Positions 8,584 through 17,599 of a stretch of 64,000 bases of DNA are shown piece by piece. The position numbers and the translations under genes were made by a program. Source of the stretch: an uncultured Eubacteriales bacterium (GTDB lineage Bacteria; Bacillota; Clostridia; Christensenellales; UBA1242). The first letter of the stretch is position 1. Every line of letters starts with the position of its first letter. Under the pieces are notes generated by a model. It searched no databases. It was not told the DNA's origin and was given only the letters and a program-made list of their open reading frames with translations. Where the stretch lies: positions 468-64,467 of the forward strand of contig CARNVA010000004.1 in NCBI GenBank assembly GCA_949031345.1, in the 5' to 3' direction.

Positions 8584-9387
8584 TTATATTTCAATTTCGT
8601 CATCAATATTTTGATCAACCTTTTGCGTAGAAGCAAAATTATTTTCCAGCACATCAAGCGAGCAAAAACCTCTGCATTCGTTACAATTTTGAAGTTGCTC
8701 TTTTTCCGCTTTTCTAAGCCTGCTGTAGCTTATTTTGTTATCAACAGTAGGATTTACATTCATCACCTTTGCAACAGCATCAGAATGAATAACATACAAG
8801 TTTGTGCGGCTGCTGACCAAGTTTTGCTCTTCTGCAGCAACGACAGACGAAAGAATGCTGTTTACAGTACCACCAATTATGTAAATACAATCATATGCAC
8901 TTTTGATTTTATCATTCAAAATATCTTTGTTTGGATGACTGTTGAAAAGAAAATAATTTTCGTCGTAAACGCTTGTCAAATTTAAATGAGAATCAATGCT
9001 TGTCCATTGAGAAGCACAGTTTCCATACTCTTGCACCAGTTTGATATTTTCTAAAACAGCACTTATTCTGCTGTAACCACCACTTATAGAAAAATATTTA
9101 TTATTGACCTGCCCAACGCATTTGATATTCATTGGCACATATTGATCTTTTTCACCTATTGCATAAAGAAAAACAATAAGACCAGTATTTTCATTTACAA
9201 AAAGATGATTAAAATGGTTTTTGCCCATGGTCTTATCAGTATATGAAAAATCTGCATCTTTTTTAAAACCCAAAGCCTCAAGTTTTTCGACAACACCATC
9301 AAATCTTTCACTTTCATGCTTCTTCATGATTTTTTTCTTATTTTTGATTGAAGTTTCAAAAGCTTGAATTACCCAACTTTTTGCCAT
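8584..9387 (-). CDS. Hypothetical protein
   Basis: 267-aa ORF with a G-rich RBS (AGGGGGGA) 4 nt upstream of the ATG. I recognise no family. Confidence 0.5.
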   Translation of the reverse strand: MAKSWVIQAFETSIKNKKKIMKKHESERFDGVVEKLEALGFKKDADFSYTDKTMGKNHFNHLFVNENTGLIVFLYAIGEKDQYVPMNIKCVGQVNNKYFSISGGYSRISAVLENIKLVQEYGNCASQWTSIDSHLNLTSVYDENYFLFNSHPNKDILNDKIKSAYDCIYIIGGTVNSILSSVVAAEEQNLVSSRTNLYVIHSDAVAKVMNVNPTVDNKISYSRLRKAEKEQLQNCNECRGFCSLDVLENNFASTQKVDQNIDDEIEI

Positions 9388-9442
9388 ATATCCCCCCTAT
9401 ATAAACGAAAAACACCTTTGCTATAAAGGCGCTTTTTCTTAA

Positions 9443-9610
9443 TTAAAACATTTCAATATCGTCAAATAAATCTTCTTTAACTTTTTTGTTTGCATTTACG
9501 CTGAAGAATTTTACTTGGTTTGTATTTATATCAGCTTTTCGAGCGATTGTGCAATTTTTAAGATATTCTTTGTTTATTCTGTATTTTAAAGTCTGCTTAT
9601 TTTCTGCCAT
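9443..9610 (-). CDS. Small hypothetical protein with an acidic C-terminal tail
   Basis: The internal ATG at 9610 is preceded by GGAGG (GATATGGAGGATATTATG). The product is MAENKQTLKYRINKEY...EDLFDDIEMF. The longer tracked ORF start has no RBS. Confidence 0.4.
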   Translation of the reverse strand: MAENKQTLKYRINKEYLKNCTIARKADINTNQVKFFSVNANKKVKEDLFDDIEMF

Positions 9611-9681
9611 AATATCCTCCATATCTTGTCTATATGATAACATACTTTTTGGCAAATGTAAATACCTTTTTTGAAAATATT

Positions 9682-11442
9682 TTACATTTTTTTAGGCACT
9701 TCAACTGCCAAAATATCCAGCGCTTGAAGCATCTTTTTCCTTACAATTTTAAGAAGTGAAATTTGACTGTTTTGCCTATTTTCATCCTTCTGACCAAGCA
9801 CATTATGATTGTTATAAAATCCAGAAAATGCACTTGCAAGGTCATAAAGCGCACTGCAAAGTGCATTTAATGACCTGTCTTTATAACATATACCAAAAGC
9901 CGAGTTGAGCTTGATAATATTCCTCAAAATCTCGCGTTCTTCCTCGCAGTAAATAGAAATCTCTCCGCCCTCTCTGCCTTCAAGTTTGCTTAAGATTGAA
10001 TTTATTCTCACAACCATATATTGAAGATATGGGCCAGTCTTGCCTTCAAATGACATAAACTTATCAATGTCGAAAACATAATCTTTGCTTACCGTATTTG
10101 AAAGGTCGCCAAACTTCATGGCAGCCACACCAATCATAAGCGCTGTCTCATCATCGGCCTCAGCACCATTTGACTTAAGCTTCTCTTTTGCCTTATCCCT
10201 CAGCATCGCAATAATATCTTCAAGCTTTATCGTATCCCCCGAGCGTGTCTTGAAAGGCTTGCCATCTGCGCCATTCATTGTGCCATTTATGATATGAACA
10301 AGCTCTTGCCCCTCTGGTGAAATTCCGCTTTTTTTACACACTCTAAACACCTGTGTAAAGTGCATTTTTTGTCTGCCATCCGTGACATACTCAATACGGT
10401 CAAGCTTGTATTGCTTATTTCTCATAAGAATGGTCGCAATGTCTGTTGTCGCATAAAGGTCAGCTCCATTACTCTTTTGAATTAAACATGGAGGCATTGG
10501 ATTAAGATATCTCTGAACGCCATCTTCCTTGACTGGAGCTGGTACATTCTCGCCTTCCTCAGCCACATCAACAACAAGCGCCCCCTCACTTTCATAAGCA
10601 AGCCCCTTGCTTTTGATAAAATCAACAGCTTCCTTGCAATAATCACTTGCATCACTTTCGCCTTTCCATAGGTCAAATGTGGCACCCAGCCTTGAATAAT
10701 TGGTTGAAATTTCTTTTACCGAAAGTTGCCTAATATCTTTATAAACCTCATAATATGGCTCTTCTTTTCTTTGAATTTTAAGAGTCCACTCTTCCGCCTT
10801 TCTCTTAAAGTCTTCTTCTTGCCCTTTTCGCTTGTTGGCAGCTGGATATGCCTCATTCAAATCTTCAATAGTAAGTATTCTCTTCTCGCCGCCTTTGCCA
10901 AAATAATAGTCAAGCTTTCCCTCTTCAAAAAGCTGAAGCTCGGTAAGCCCCATTTGAAGCCCCCAGTCTCCAAGATGAACATCACTGATGACCTCATCAC
11001 CAAGCAAACGATAAAGCCTTTTCAAACTTTCACCAATGATTGCAGGCCTAAGATGCCCAATATGTAAAGCTTTTGCAACATTTGCACCACCATAATCAAG
11101 CAATACTTTTTGTGAGACTTCATTTTTTTCAAGACCACCGCGCTCGTCTTCCAAAATAAAATTTGCAAACTTTGCAAAGGCCTTGTCGCTTATTTTAATG
11201 TTGATAAAAGCAGGCTTCGCAACTTCAAAAACAAAGTCCTCGTTGCCCTGCAAATAAGAAATTATGTCTGATGCAATGTCAAAAGGATTTTTGCCATACT
11301 TTTTCGATAAAGCAAAACAACCATTGCATTGCAAATCACAAATTCCCTTTTGAGCAGAAAAGCTGACCGATAAATTTTCTTTATAGCCAGCCTTATCTGC
11401 AGCATCCATCAATAACTTTTCAATTTCTTTGATTAAATTCAT
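9682..11442 (-). CDS. argS: Arginine--tRNA ligase
   Basis: Class I HIGH motif (ALHIGHLRPAIIGESL) and overall ArgRS-like layout. I chose the start MNLIKEIEKL at 11442, which has a GGAGAAAAAATG RBS. The tracked ORF is over-extended to 11562. Confidence 0.85.
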   Translation of the reverse strand: MNLIKEIEKLLMDAADKAGYKENLSVSFSAQKGICDLQCNGCFALSKKYGKNPFDIASDIISYLQGNEDFVFEVAKPAFINIKISDKAFAKFANFILEDERGGLEKNEVSQKVLLDYGGANVAKALHIGHLRPAIIGESLKRLYRLLGDEVISDVHLGDWGLQMGLTELQLFEEGKLDYYFGKGGEKRILTIEDLNEAYPAANKRKGQEEDFKRKAEEWTLKIQRKEEPYYEVYKDIRQLSVKEISTNYSRLGATFDLWKGESDASDYCKEAVDFIKSKGLAYESEGALVVDVAEEGENVPAPVKEDGVQRYLNPMPPCLIQKSNGADLYATTDIATILMRNKQYKLDRIEYVTDGRQKMHFTQVFRVCKKSGISPEGQELVHIINGTMNGADGKPFKTRSGDTIKLEDIIAMLRDKAKEKLKSNGAEADDETALMIGVAAMKFGDLSNTVSKDYVFDIDKFMSFEGKTGPYLQYMVVRINSILSKLEGREGGEISIYCEEEREILRNIIKLNSAFGICYKDRSLNALCSALYDLASAFSGFYNNHNVLGQKDENRQNSQISLLKIVRKKMLQALDILAVEVPKKM

Positions 11443-11556
11443 TTTTTCTCCGATAATACTATATTTAGTAAGATTTCTCTTATACATAATACAATATCTG
11501 TTATGCCTTAGGCACATTTTAATAGTAATTTTTAACATTCTCGCACTTAGCAAATA

Positions 11557-11747
11557 AAGCATTACGCCAATTTGTATCTCTAAGCACTTTGCTCCCAGCA
11601 GCCTACTCGCTTCCTGCTTCAGAACGCAATTATAAACAAGTAAGGCAAGGCTCGAATGCAGCTCTCAAGCATGAGTTTAAAGGGTAAATGAGTGTTTGAG
11701 ACTGCTTTCAGTAAACGAAGCATTACGCAGTTTATAATTGCGTTCTG
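11557..11747 (-). other. Structured intergenic element (nested hairpins, direct repeat) of unknown function
   Basis: A perfect 18-bp inverted repeat joins 11620-11637 and 11730-11747, and the right arm covers the last recR codons and stop. An inner 10-bp stem joins 11658-11668 and 11696-11705. The 11-nt direct repeat aagcattacgc occurs at 11557 and 11717. Confidence 0.4.
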
Positions 11748-12319
11748 GCTTCGAGAGCTTTCGACAATGTCACCTCATCCGCATACTCAAGATCACTGCC
11801 CATGGCAACACCCTGAGCAAGTCGAGTAACTTTCACACCAAGGGGCGAAAGAAGTTTGGCAATATACATGGCTGTTGCATCCCCTTCAACATCTGGGTTT
11901 GTCGCCATGATGACCTCTTCAACTTTGTCTTCTTGAATGCGAGCAAGAAGCTCTTTAATTTTAATATCGTTTGGCCCTCTGTGTTCAAGTGGACTTATTG
12001 TTCCAAACAAAACATGATAAACGCCTTGATAAGATTTTACCTTTTCCATAGCAAGCACATCTTTAGGGTCTTTTACTACACAAATAATTTTTCTGTTGCG
12101 ATGAGTGCAAATCGGACAAACTTCTCTGTCCGTAAAATTTCCACAAACTTTGCAAAAACCTATTTTTGATTTAGCCTCTAAAATTGCCTCGCTAAACCTC
12201 TTTGCACGATCTTCTTTGCCTTCAATAATAGAAAAAGCATAGCGCTGAGCAGTTTTATAACCAACGCCAGGCAAGGTGCGAAACTGCTCTATCAACTTTT
12301 CAATTGTATCTTCATTCAT
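11732..12319 (-). CDS. recR: Recombination protein RecR
   Basis: [14 protein letters not shown] helix-hairpin-helix, C4 zinc finger ([16 protein letters not shown]) and a Toprim-like C-terminus. I chose the start at the ATG at 12319 (MNEDTIEKL). Confidence 0.9.
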   Translation of the reverse strand: MNEDTIEKLIEQFRTLPGVGYKTAQRYAFSIIEGKEDRAKRFSEAILEAKSKIGFCKVCGNFTDREVCPICTHRNRKIICVVKDPKDVLAMEKVKSYQGVYHVLFGTISPLEHRGPNDIKIKELLARIQEDKVEEVIMATNPDVEGDATAMYIAKLLSPLGVKVTRLAQGVAMGSDLEYADEVTLSKALEARTQL

Positions 12320-12330
12320 AACAAAACCTA

Positions 12331-12654
12331 TTAAAAGAGTCCTGGCACTGATGGCATGGTTGACTGCTCTTTGCGAGTAATTTGTTCGAGACAATCATTG
12401 ACAGCAGAAATAACAAGGTCTTCAAGCATTTCTTTATCATCAGGGTCAACAACCTCATCTTCAATATTGATTGATTTCATAACTCTTGCACCAGTCATTT
12501 TTACTTCAACCATTCCACCACCCACAGAAGAAGTGAAAACCGTGTTTTCAAGCTCTTCCTTAGCTTTTGCCATATCCTCTTGCATTTTTTGTGCCTGACG
12601 CATAAGTTGATTCATGTTTGCGCCACCAAATCCTCCAAAATTTCCGTATCCCAT
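12331..12654 (-). CDS. ybaB: YbaB/EbfC-family nucleoid-associated protein
   Basis: 107-aa ORF with [23 protein letters not shown]...[11 protein letters not shown]. It sits in the conserved dnaX-ybaB-recR position. Confidence 0.85.
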   Translation of the reverse strand: MGYGNFGGFGGANMNQLMRQAQKMQEDMAKAKEELENTVFTSSVGGGMVEVKMTGARVMKSINIEDEVVDPDDKEMLEDLVISAVNDCLEQITRKEQSTMPSVPGLF

Positions 12655-12658
12655 ATTA

Positions 12659-13027
12659 TTACCTCCAATTTATAATATTCTTTTTCTTTTCGATTTTTAC
12701 ATCTTCAAAGATGCCTTTAAGTTTTTTGATATCTTTTTCCGCTTTGCTACTTTCAACTTCTTTCAGCCGCACTTCGACCTCAAGCTCAAGCCCCTGCCAG
12801 CGCAGTGCCCTTTCAATCTTACCTTTTCCCTCTTCAAGCAAGCTTACAATGACCCGCTCGATAACATTGATGATAAGTTTGCCATTTGAAAGCTCTACAT
12901 CAGTTATATCTCCACATGCAACATGAAGTGCAACTTCGTGATGGTCCTTTAAATAAAGCACCACCTTGCCCCAAATAGTTTTGACTGACAAATTACCTTG
13001 ACTGGCCTGCGTTTTCAGTTTTTTTTT
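12659..13027 (-). CDS. dnaX: DnaX C-terminal (tau-specific) extension, in the -1 frame relative to the upstream dnaX ORF
   Basis: The -1 frame is open from the A9 run onward: KKKLKTQASQGNLSVKTIWGKVVLYLKDHH...WR*. There is no RBS or ATG of its own, and the tracked ORF begins at a TTG. The W..vl..lk / l.i.f pattern resembles Firmicute DnaX C-termini. Confidence 0.55.
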   Translation of the reverse strand, partial: KKKLKTQASQGNLSVKTIWGKVVLYLKDHHEVALHVACGDITDVELSNGKLIINVIERVIVSLLEEGKGKIERALRWQGLELEVEVRLKEVESSKAEKDIKKLKGIFEDVKIEKKKNIINWR

Positions 13028-14127
13028 ACCTCATCCGCACTAAGCCCTGTCATAACTGACAAGGATAAAGTCTCCAGCAAAAGCCGTGGTGACATTGTAT
13101 AACGCAATTCATTTTCTGCCCCGCCGAAGCTTTGCATATAGCCAATAAGAGTTTTTTCATCAAACCCTTCAGCTTGCGCTTTAAGTTTGCCAAAACTTTC
13201 TTCCGACATATTGAGAATGTCGTTTGGATTTTGACAAGACTTGCAAATTAAAAGATTTCTTGCATGCTTAGAAAGGTCTTTTACAAGAATTGACATATTT
13301 TTCCCGCCCTCATCAATTCGATTGACAAGTTGCAAAAGTCCACCGACATCTTTTTTAGAAAGTTTATCAAAATATTCCACCATAAGACTTTCATCTGTCG
13401 AGCCAAGCACCCTTTGAACGCCCTCAAGAGTGACTTTACCTATTGAGTAAGCAATCACGCAGTCGGCAATGGAAAGTGTATCTCTCACACTGCCCTCACC
13501 AGCAACAGCTATTGCTTTAAGCGCCTCATCATCATATTCAATGTTTTCACTGTCGAATACATTTTTGAGAAGCCCTGTCAAATCATCAAGCCCAACAAGC
13601 CTAAAGTCAAATCTTATACACCTTGAAAGAATAGTTGCAGGAAGCTTATGCGCTTCAGTCGTTGCCAAGATAAAAATCACATAACTTGGTGGCTCTTCCA
13701 ATGTCTTCAACAGTGCATTGAAAGCTGAGTCAGTCAGCATGTGCACTTCGTCAATAATGTAAACCTTATATTTTGCATCAACTGGAGTAAACTTAACCTT
13801 CTCTCGCAGCTCTCTTACATCATCAACCCTATTGTTTGATGCGGCGTCAATTTCAATAACATTTATATCCGCCTGATTTTCAAGCTTTCTGCAACTTTCG
13901 CACTTTCCGCAAGGTGATCCATTCTGATTGTCCAAACAATTGACAGCTTTAGCCAGTATTCTTGCAATAGAGGTCTTCCCTATTCCTCTAGAGCCAGTAA
14001 AAAGATAAGCATGTCCAATGCTTCCAGTTGCAATTTGATTTTTAAGCGCCCGCGTAATATGCTCTTGCCCAACAACTTCATCAAAGGTTGCAGGTCTGTA
14101 TTTGCGATATAGAGCAAGATGTTCCAT
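13015..14127 (-). CDS. dnaX: DNA polymerase III subunit gamma/tau, zero-frame product (370 aa, domains I-III)
   Basis: Walker A (GSRGIGKTS), zinc module (CGKCESC), DEVHML and the SRC motif (LSRCIRFDF). The ORF ends at TGA one codon after an A9 run (13019-13027). Confidence 0.9.
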   Translation of the reverse strand: MEHLALYRKYRPATFDEVVGQEHITRALKNQIATGSIGHAYLFTGSRGIGKTSIARILAKAVNCLDNQNGSPCGKCESCRKLENQADINVIEIDAASNNRVDDVRELREKVKFTPVDAKYKVYIIDEVHMLTDSAFNALLKTLEEPPSYVIFILATTEAHKLPATILSRCIRFDFRLVGLDDLTGLLKNVFDSENIEYDDEALKAIAVAGEGSVRDTLSIADCVIAYSIGKVTLEGVQRVLGSTDESLMVEYFDKLSKKDVGGLLQLVNRIDEGGKNMSILVKDLSKHARNLLICKSCQNPNDILNMSEESFGKLKAQAEGFDEKTLIGYMQSFGGAENELRYTMSPRLLLETLSLSVMTGLSADEVKKN

Positions 14128-14252
14128 ATATCTCCTTTTTATACCCTTCTAGTATAACTGCAAATAAAAATAAAATCAATCAAAATTGATTAAAAATAAT
14201 CAATCAAAAATAAACGGTTTTATTTTTTAACAAATCTCACCTTCATTTTAAA

Positions 14253-14286
14253 GTCGAATTTTGTAAAATATTTTACAAATATCGAC
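14253..14286. promoter_or_regulatory. Palindromic operator-like site 1
   Basis: GTCGAATTTTGTAAAATATTTTACAAATATCGAC: near-perfect dyad, related to the sites at 14391 and 14701. Confidence 0.5.
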
Positions 14287-14390
14287 ATATTAAATTAAAC
14301 TTGACCTTATAAAATTAAATTTTTATTCACAAACTTGCAATGGTTTTGTCATTATTTTATTAAATAAGAGCGCTCCGAATTTTAGCATGC

Positions 14391-14424
14391 GTCGAATTTT
14401 GTAAATATTTTTACAAAATTCGAC
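14391..14424. promoter_or_regulatory. Palindromic operator-like site 2 (perfect 15-bp arms)
   Basis: GTCGAATTTTGTAAA-TATT-TTTACAAAATTCGAC, immediately downstream of the HTH gene stop. Confidence 0.5.
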
Positions 14425-14428
14425 CTTT

Positions 14429-14632
14429 TCAATATTCAAGCCCTGCAATATAATCAAGCGTAACTTTAAAATACCTTGCCAAAATAATCACCGCTTGCAA
14501 ATTTGGCACTCTTTCATTTCGCTCCCAATGACCAATTGCGGCATGCGTAAGCCCCACCTTTTGTGCAAGTTTCAATTGACTTAACCCCTCATCTATTCTC
14601 ATTTCTTTCAATCTTTCTCCAAAGTTTCCCAT
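14429..14632 (-). CDS. XRE-family helix-turn-helix protein (67 aa)
   Basis: The ATG at 14632 is preceded by GGAGGCAAAAAATG. The product is MGNFGERLKEMRIDEGLSQLKLAQKVGLTHAAIGHWERNERVPNLQAVIILARYF. The tracked ORF to 14809 is over-extended. Confidence 0.7.
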   Translation of the reverse strand: MGNFGERLKEMRIDEGLSQLKLAQKVGLTHAAIGHWERNERVPNLQAVIILARYFKVTLDYIAGLEY

Positions 14633-14700
14633 TTTTTGCCTCCATGCAGATATATTACAATAATTTTCATCAAAACTCTTAAAAGCTGAATGTTGATATT

Positions 14701-14734
14701 TGACGATTTTTGTAAATATTTTTACAAAATTCGA
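14701..14734. promoter_or_regulatory. Palindromic operator-like site 3 (in the HTH gene upstream region)
   Basis: GACGATTTTTGTAAATATTTTTACAAAATTCGAC has the same core, TTTGTAAA-N4-TTTACAAA. Confidence 0.5.
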
Positions 14735-14864
14735 CACCATTTGGAGTTTTTTGATTTTTTCTAAAAAATTTGTATTACACTTGTGAAAGATAGTTAAGAG
14801 AATAAGCAAAATTTTAAGATAAAACTTGTTCTGCTTATCAAAATTTACTTGAAAGGAGGGAAAA

Positions 14865-15095
14865 ATGGAAGAGATTGCAAAATTGTTTTACAAAAGTTAT
14901 ATTAAAGAAAATCATAAACAGCATTATCAAACAAGTCAAGAATTGCAAGAATGCGAGAAAGAGTTTATGGAAAAACTTGATGAGCCGCTGAAAAATAATT
15001 ACTTTGCATTAAACATGCTTTACACCGACCACATGGAAGAGCGAGAGCTCAAACTTATCATTTATATTTTAGAGCTTCTTCAGCCAGAAATTTAA
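14865..15095 (+). CDS. Hypothetical small protein
   Basis: 76-aa ORF with a GGAGGGAAAAATG RBS. It is divergent from the HTH gene. I recognise no family. Confidence 0.45.
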   Translation: MEEIAKLFYKSYIKENHKQHYQTSQELQECEKEFMEKLDEPLKNNYFALNMLYTDHMEERELKLIIYILELLQPEI

Positions 15096-17368
15096 AAGAT
15101 TTTTACCACTAGCACAGTCATATCATCAACTGCAAAACCGCTGTTTGCCGCCAGTGCCCTTTCAAGAATTTGGTCTGCATATTCTTGAGGATTTTGACCT
15201 TTGACAGAAAGCAGAAAATCTTTAAATTCCCCGTCACTGCCAAAGGCGTCATTTATGCCATCAGAGCAGAGAATTATGTAGTCTTGATTATTTAAGACCA
15301 GCTTTTTTGTGACCGCCTTTGCATTGTCTAAAATACCAATAGGAAGAGAATTGCACTCCACGATTTCGCAGCCTTCCTCGCCACGAATATATGAGCTTGC
15401 TGCACCCATTTTTATAAAATCACCTATTCCATCTTTTAAATCAACAATGCAAATATCCATGCTCGAAAAAATATCATTACCTTCCAAATTCATAAGTTTA
15501 TTGACAGAAGAAAGAATGATTTCACTTTCAAATCCTGCCTTATAAAAATTTTCAATCAATCCAATTGCCGTCTCAGCCTTCTTTCCAGCAACCTCACCAC
15601 TGCCCATTCCGTCGCAAATGGCAAAGATAAATCTGTCTCCGTCAAGCCTCTCAATCGAGTGCCGATCACCTGAAACTGAGCCGCCGCTCTTGGTCATGCT
15701 TGCCAATCCAAATATACAATCAAAGCGTGGCGCCGTTTTTAAGTTGACCGCAACAAGCCCAGCCTTTTCGGTTGGATAAACATCATTTATCACCATTTTG
15801 TTGCCACAAATTTTTGAGGTAATGCCCTGAAGTTTAAGTTTATTGACATCTTCCTCCCTTACCACAAGAGTTGCCATAAAGGTGCGCGCATCTCTTTCAT
15901 AAACTACCGCATCACTGCAGATAATGTTATTTGATGAAAGCTCATCTATAAGCCGCTGTTCTCTAGCACCGTCAAGACTTATCATGGTGTCAACTTCACC
16001 CGCAAGCGACTTCATTAAAAGAGAAATCCCCTCAAGCTGGTCTGAAATAAGAAGTTTGCTGGTATCAATGTTTCCGACAAGTTGACTGTAATTTTTATAT
16101 TGACTGGTCAGCGTGTTGACCTCTGAAATAAGCCGCCCCGCCTGAGAACACCTTGATGAAAGATAGCTTGGAAGATCTAGTAAAGTTATCTTCCCTCTCG
16201 CAAACGCAATCGAAACAAGATTGATAAAAATCTTGCGTGTATCTTCACTGAAGGTGCGGTGACAATGCTTGTGTTCTGGACAATTCTTGCAAATAGAGCT
16301 TTTAAGCTCTTCATAAAGCATTTCTTTAATTTCGTCCTCACTTGCCTCTTTTTTGATGAGACTGCGAAAGACAGCATTCATATCATAAAACACTTCACCC
16401 AGCCTGTTAAGCCGCCTTTGCATAAGGTCACGATTTCGATTTAACAGACATTTAACGCCACTTCGTTCGCTGCCAGTTGACAATAGAAGAGATAGTGACT
16501 GATAAAAGTTTTTAGGGATGGCCAAAAATATAATTGCAGCAATTGGCACTGGTAAAAAGGAAGCAACGCTGAAGCCATAATATAGGTCGAAATAAAAAAT
16601 TATCAACACCTCGCTTAAAAGAAGAGCCATTGCTGAAAAAATTCTATTTGAAAACTTAAAAGCTATTATAGCCAACGCCCAAATGATAAAAGGCGTCATA
16701 AAAATTGGATTATTTCCACTTATAAGAGAGCCAAGCCCCATCAAAGCAGCAAAAATCATCGTTCTTCCACTGCTCGTCACCTGTGAAATGGCAAGCAAAC
16801 AAAACGCAACAAAGAGTTTAAGAAAAGAAAAGCCAAAAAAGTTGCAACTTGTCAGCCCACTTGCCACACTCATGAGAATTATCCCCCCTGCGATAACCTC
16901 AGGAAGTGTCATCTTATAAGAAAATCCCCGCCTTAAAAGAGACTCAAACACAAAAACTGACAGATAAAGATAGACAAGCCCTACCACTATTGAAAGGACT
17001 ATATAATATATTTGCATTCCGCTTAAGGCAGAAAATACAACAAAAGAGAGCTGACTTAACCCTGCAAAAATAAAAAGCTCCCATTTAAACATCGGCTTTT
17101 TGATGGCGATATGCACATAATAAGGCAATACTAAAAGCAACACTGTCACCACAGTCGAGATTATGCCTTCAAAGGAATAATTGTTTGCAATGCAACCTAT
17201 TAAATATGCCGGAGCAAGCAACCACACTTTTTGATTTGCCCAAGCAAGCGCAAAAAGCATAGCAAAAGCAAAAGGATAAATTTCGCCGTTCACACCAGCC
17301 CTTGACAAAACAAAGAAAAGCAGCATAAATGCCAAGAATTTTATTACATAGTTTAATTTGGATTTCAT
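15092..17368 (-). CDS. spoIIE: Stage II sporulation protein E (membrane PP2C phosphatase)
   Basis: About 10 N-terminal transmembrane segments and a C-terminal PP2C-like domain (SGDRHSIERL...FAICDGMGSG...ILCSDGINDAF...DDMTVLV). The start is uncertain: ATG at 17368 versus GTG at 17386. Confidence 0.85.
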   Translation of the reverse strand: MKSKLNYVIKFLAFMLLFFVLSRAGVNGEIYPFAFAMLFALAWANQKVWLLAPAYLIGCIANNYSFEGIISTVVTVLLLVLPYYVHIAIKKPMFKWELFIFAGLSQLSFVVFSALSGMQIYYIVLSIVVGLVYLYLSVFVFESLLRRGFSYKMTLPEVIAGGIILMSVASGLTSCNFFGFSFLKLFVAFCLLAISQVTSSGRTMIFAALMGLGSLISGNNPIFMTPFIIWALAIIAFKFSNRIFSAMALLLSEVLIIFYFDLYYGFSVASFLPVPIAAIIFLAIPKNFYQSLSLLLSTGSERSGVKCLLNRNRDLMQRRLNRLGEVFYDMNAVFRSLIKKEASEDEIKEMLYEELKSSICKNCPEHKHCHRTFSEDTRKIFINLVSIAFARGKITLLDLPSYLSSRCSQAGRLISEVNTLTSQYKNYSQLVGNIDTSKLLISDQLEGISLLMKSLAGEVDTMISLDGAREQRLIDELSSNNIICSDAVVYERDARTFMATLVVREEDVNKLKLQGITSKICGNKMVINDVYPTEKAGLVAVNLKTAPRFDCIFGLASMTKSGGSVSGDRHSIERLDGDRFIFAICDGMGSGEVAGKKAETAIGLIENFYKAGFESEIILSSVNKLMNLEGNDIFSSMDICIVDLKDGIGDFIKMGAASSYIRGEEGCEIVECNSLPIGILDNAKAVTKKLVLNNQDYIILCSDGINDAFGSDGEFKDFLLSVKGQNPQEYADQILERALAANSGFAVDDMTVLVVKIF

Positions 17369-17388
17369 AAAAAAATTATAAAACACAT

Positions 17389-17402
17389 GTCGTCATTCGT
17401 CA
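17389..17402 (-). promoter_or_regulatory. Two tandem Spo0A-box-like motifs upstream of spoIIE
   Basis: The minus strand reads TGACGAA TGACGAC, against the 0A-box consensus TGNCGAA. spoIIE is a known Spo0A target in Bacillus. Confidence 0.3.
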
Positions 17403-17599
17403 TTATATATTCTTGTCAATATTTGCCGAAAAAGGTTTTTTAAAATGTTTTTAAGTTGAAATTCGCTTGTCTTTTTCATTTCTGCACTTTTCAAACGATT
17501 TTTAAACTTAAAACCCCTTCAAAAAGTTTTTAAGCAGTTTTTATTGACTTTTTTGCCTTTTTGGGTTAAACTAACTATGAAAGAATGGAGGGCAAACTA

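Noticed and set aside
9392-9397. C6/G6 run just upstream of the 8584-9387 gene as another phase-variable tract
   Set aside because: The run lies 4 nt upstream of the ATG and reads AGGGGGGA on the coding strand, so it is most simply the Shine-Dalgarno sequence. It is also shorter than the promoter tracts.
11443-11731. T-box leader upstream of argS
   Set aside because: ArgRS genes in Firmicutes often have T-box leaders. However, neither strand contains the conserved T-box core (GGTGGTACCGCG-like; no TACCA or CCACC on the plus strand). There is also no terminator/antiterminator pair with a U run.
11557-11760. SRP (4.5S/scRNA) gene near dnaX-recR, as in Bacillus
   Set aside because: AGCAGCC-like strings are present, but the helix 8 signature (GGUCCGGAAGGAAGCAGC with a GGAA tetraloop) is absent on both strands.
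16883-16888. C6 run inside spoIIE
   Set aside because: It is in frame within an intact 760-aa ORF (AGGII), with no sign of frame disruption. The run is short and the gene is an essential sporulation gene.
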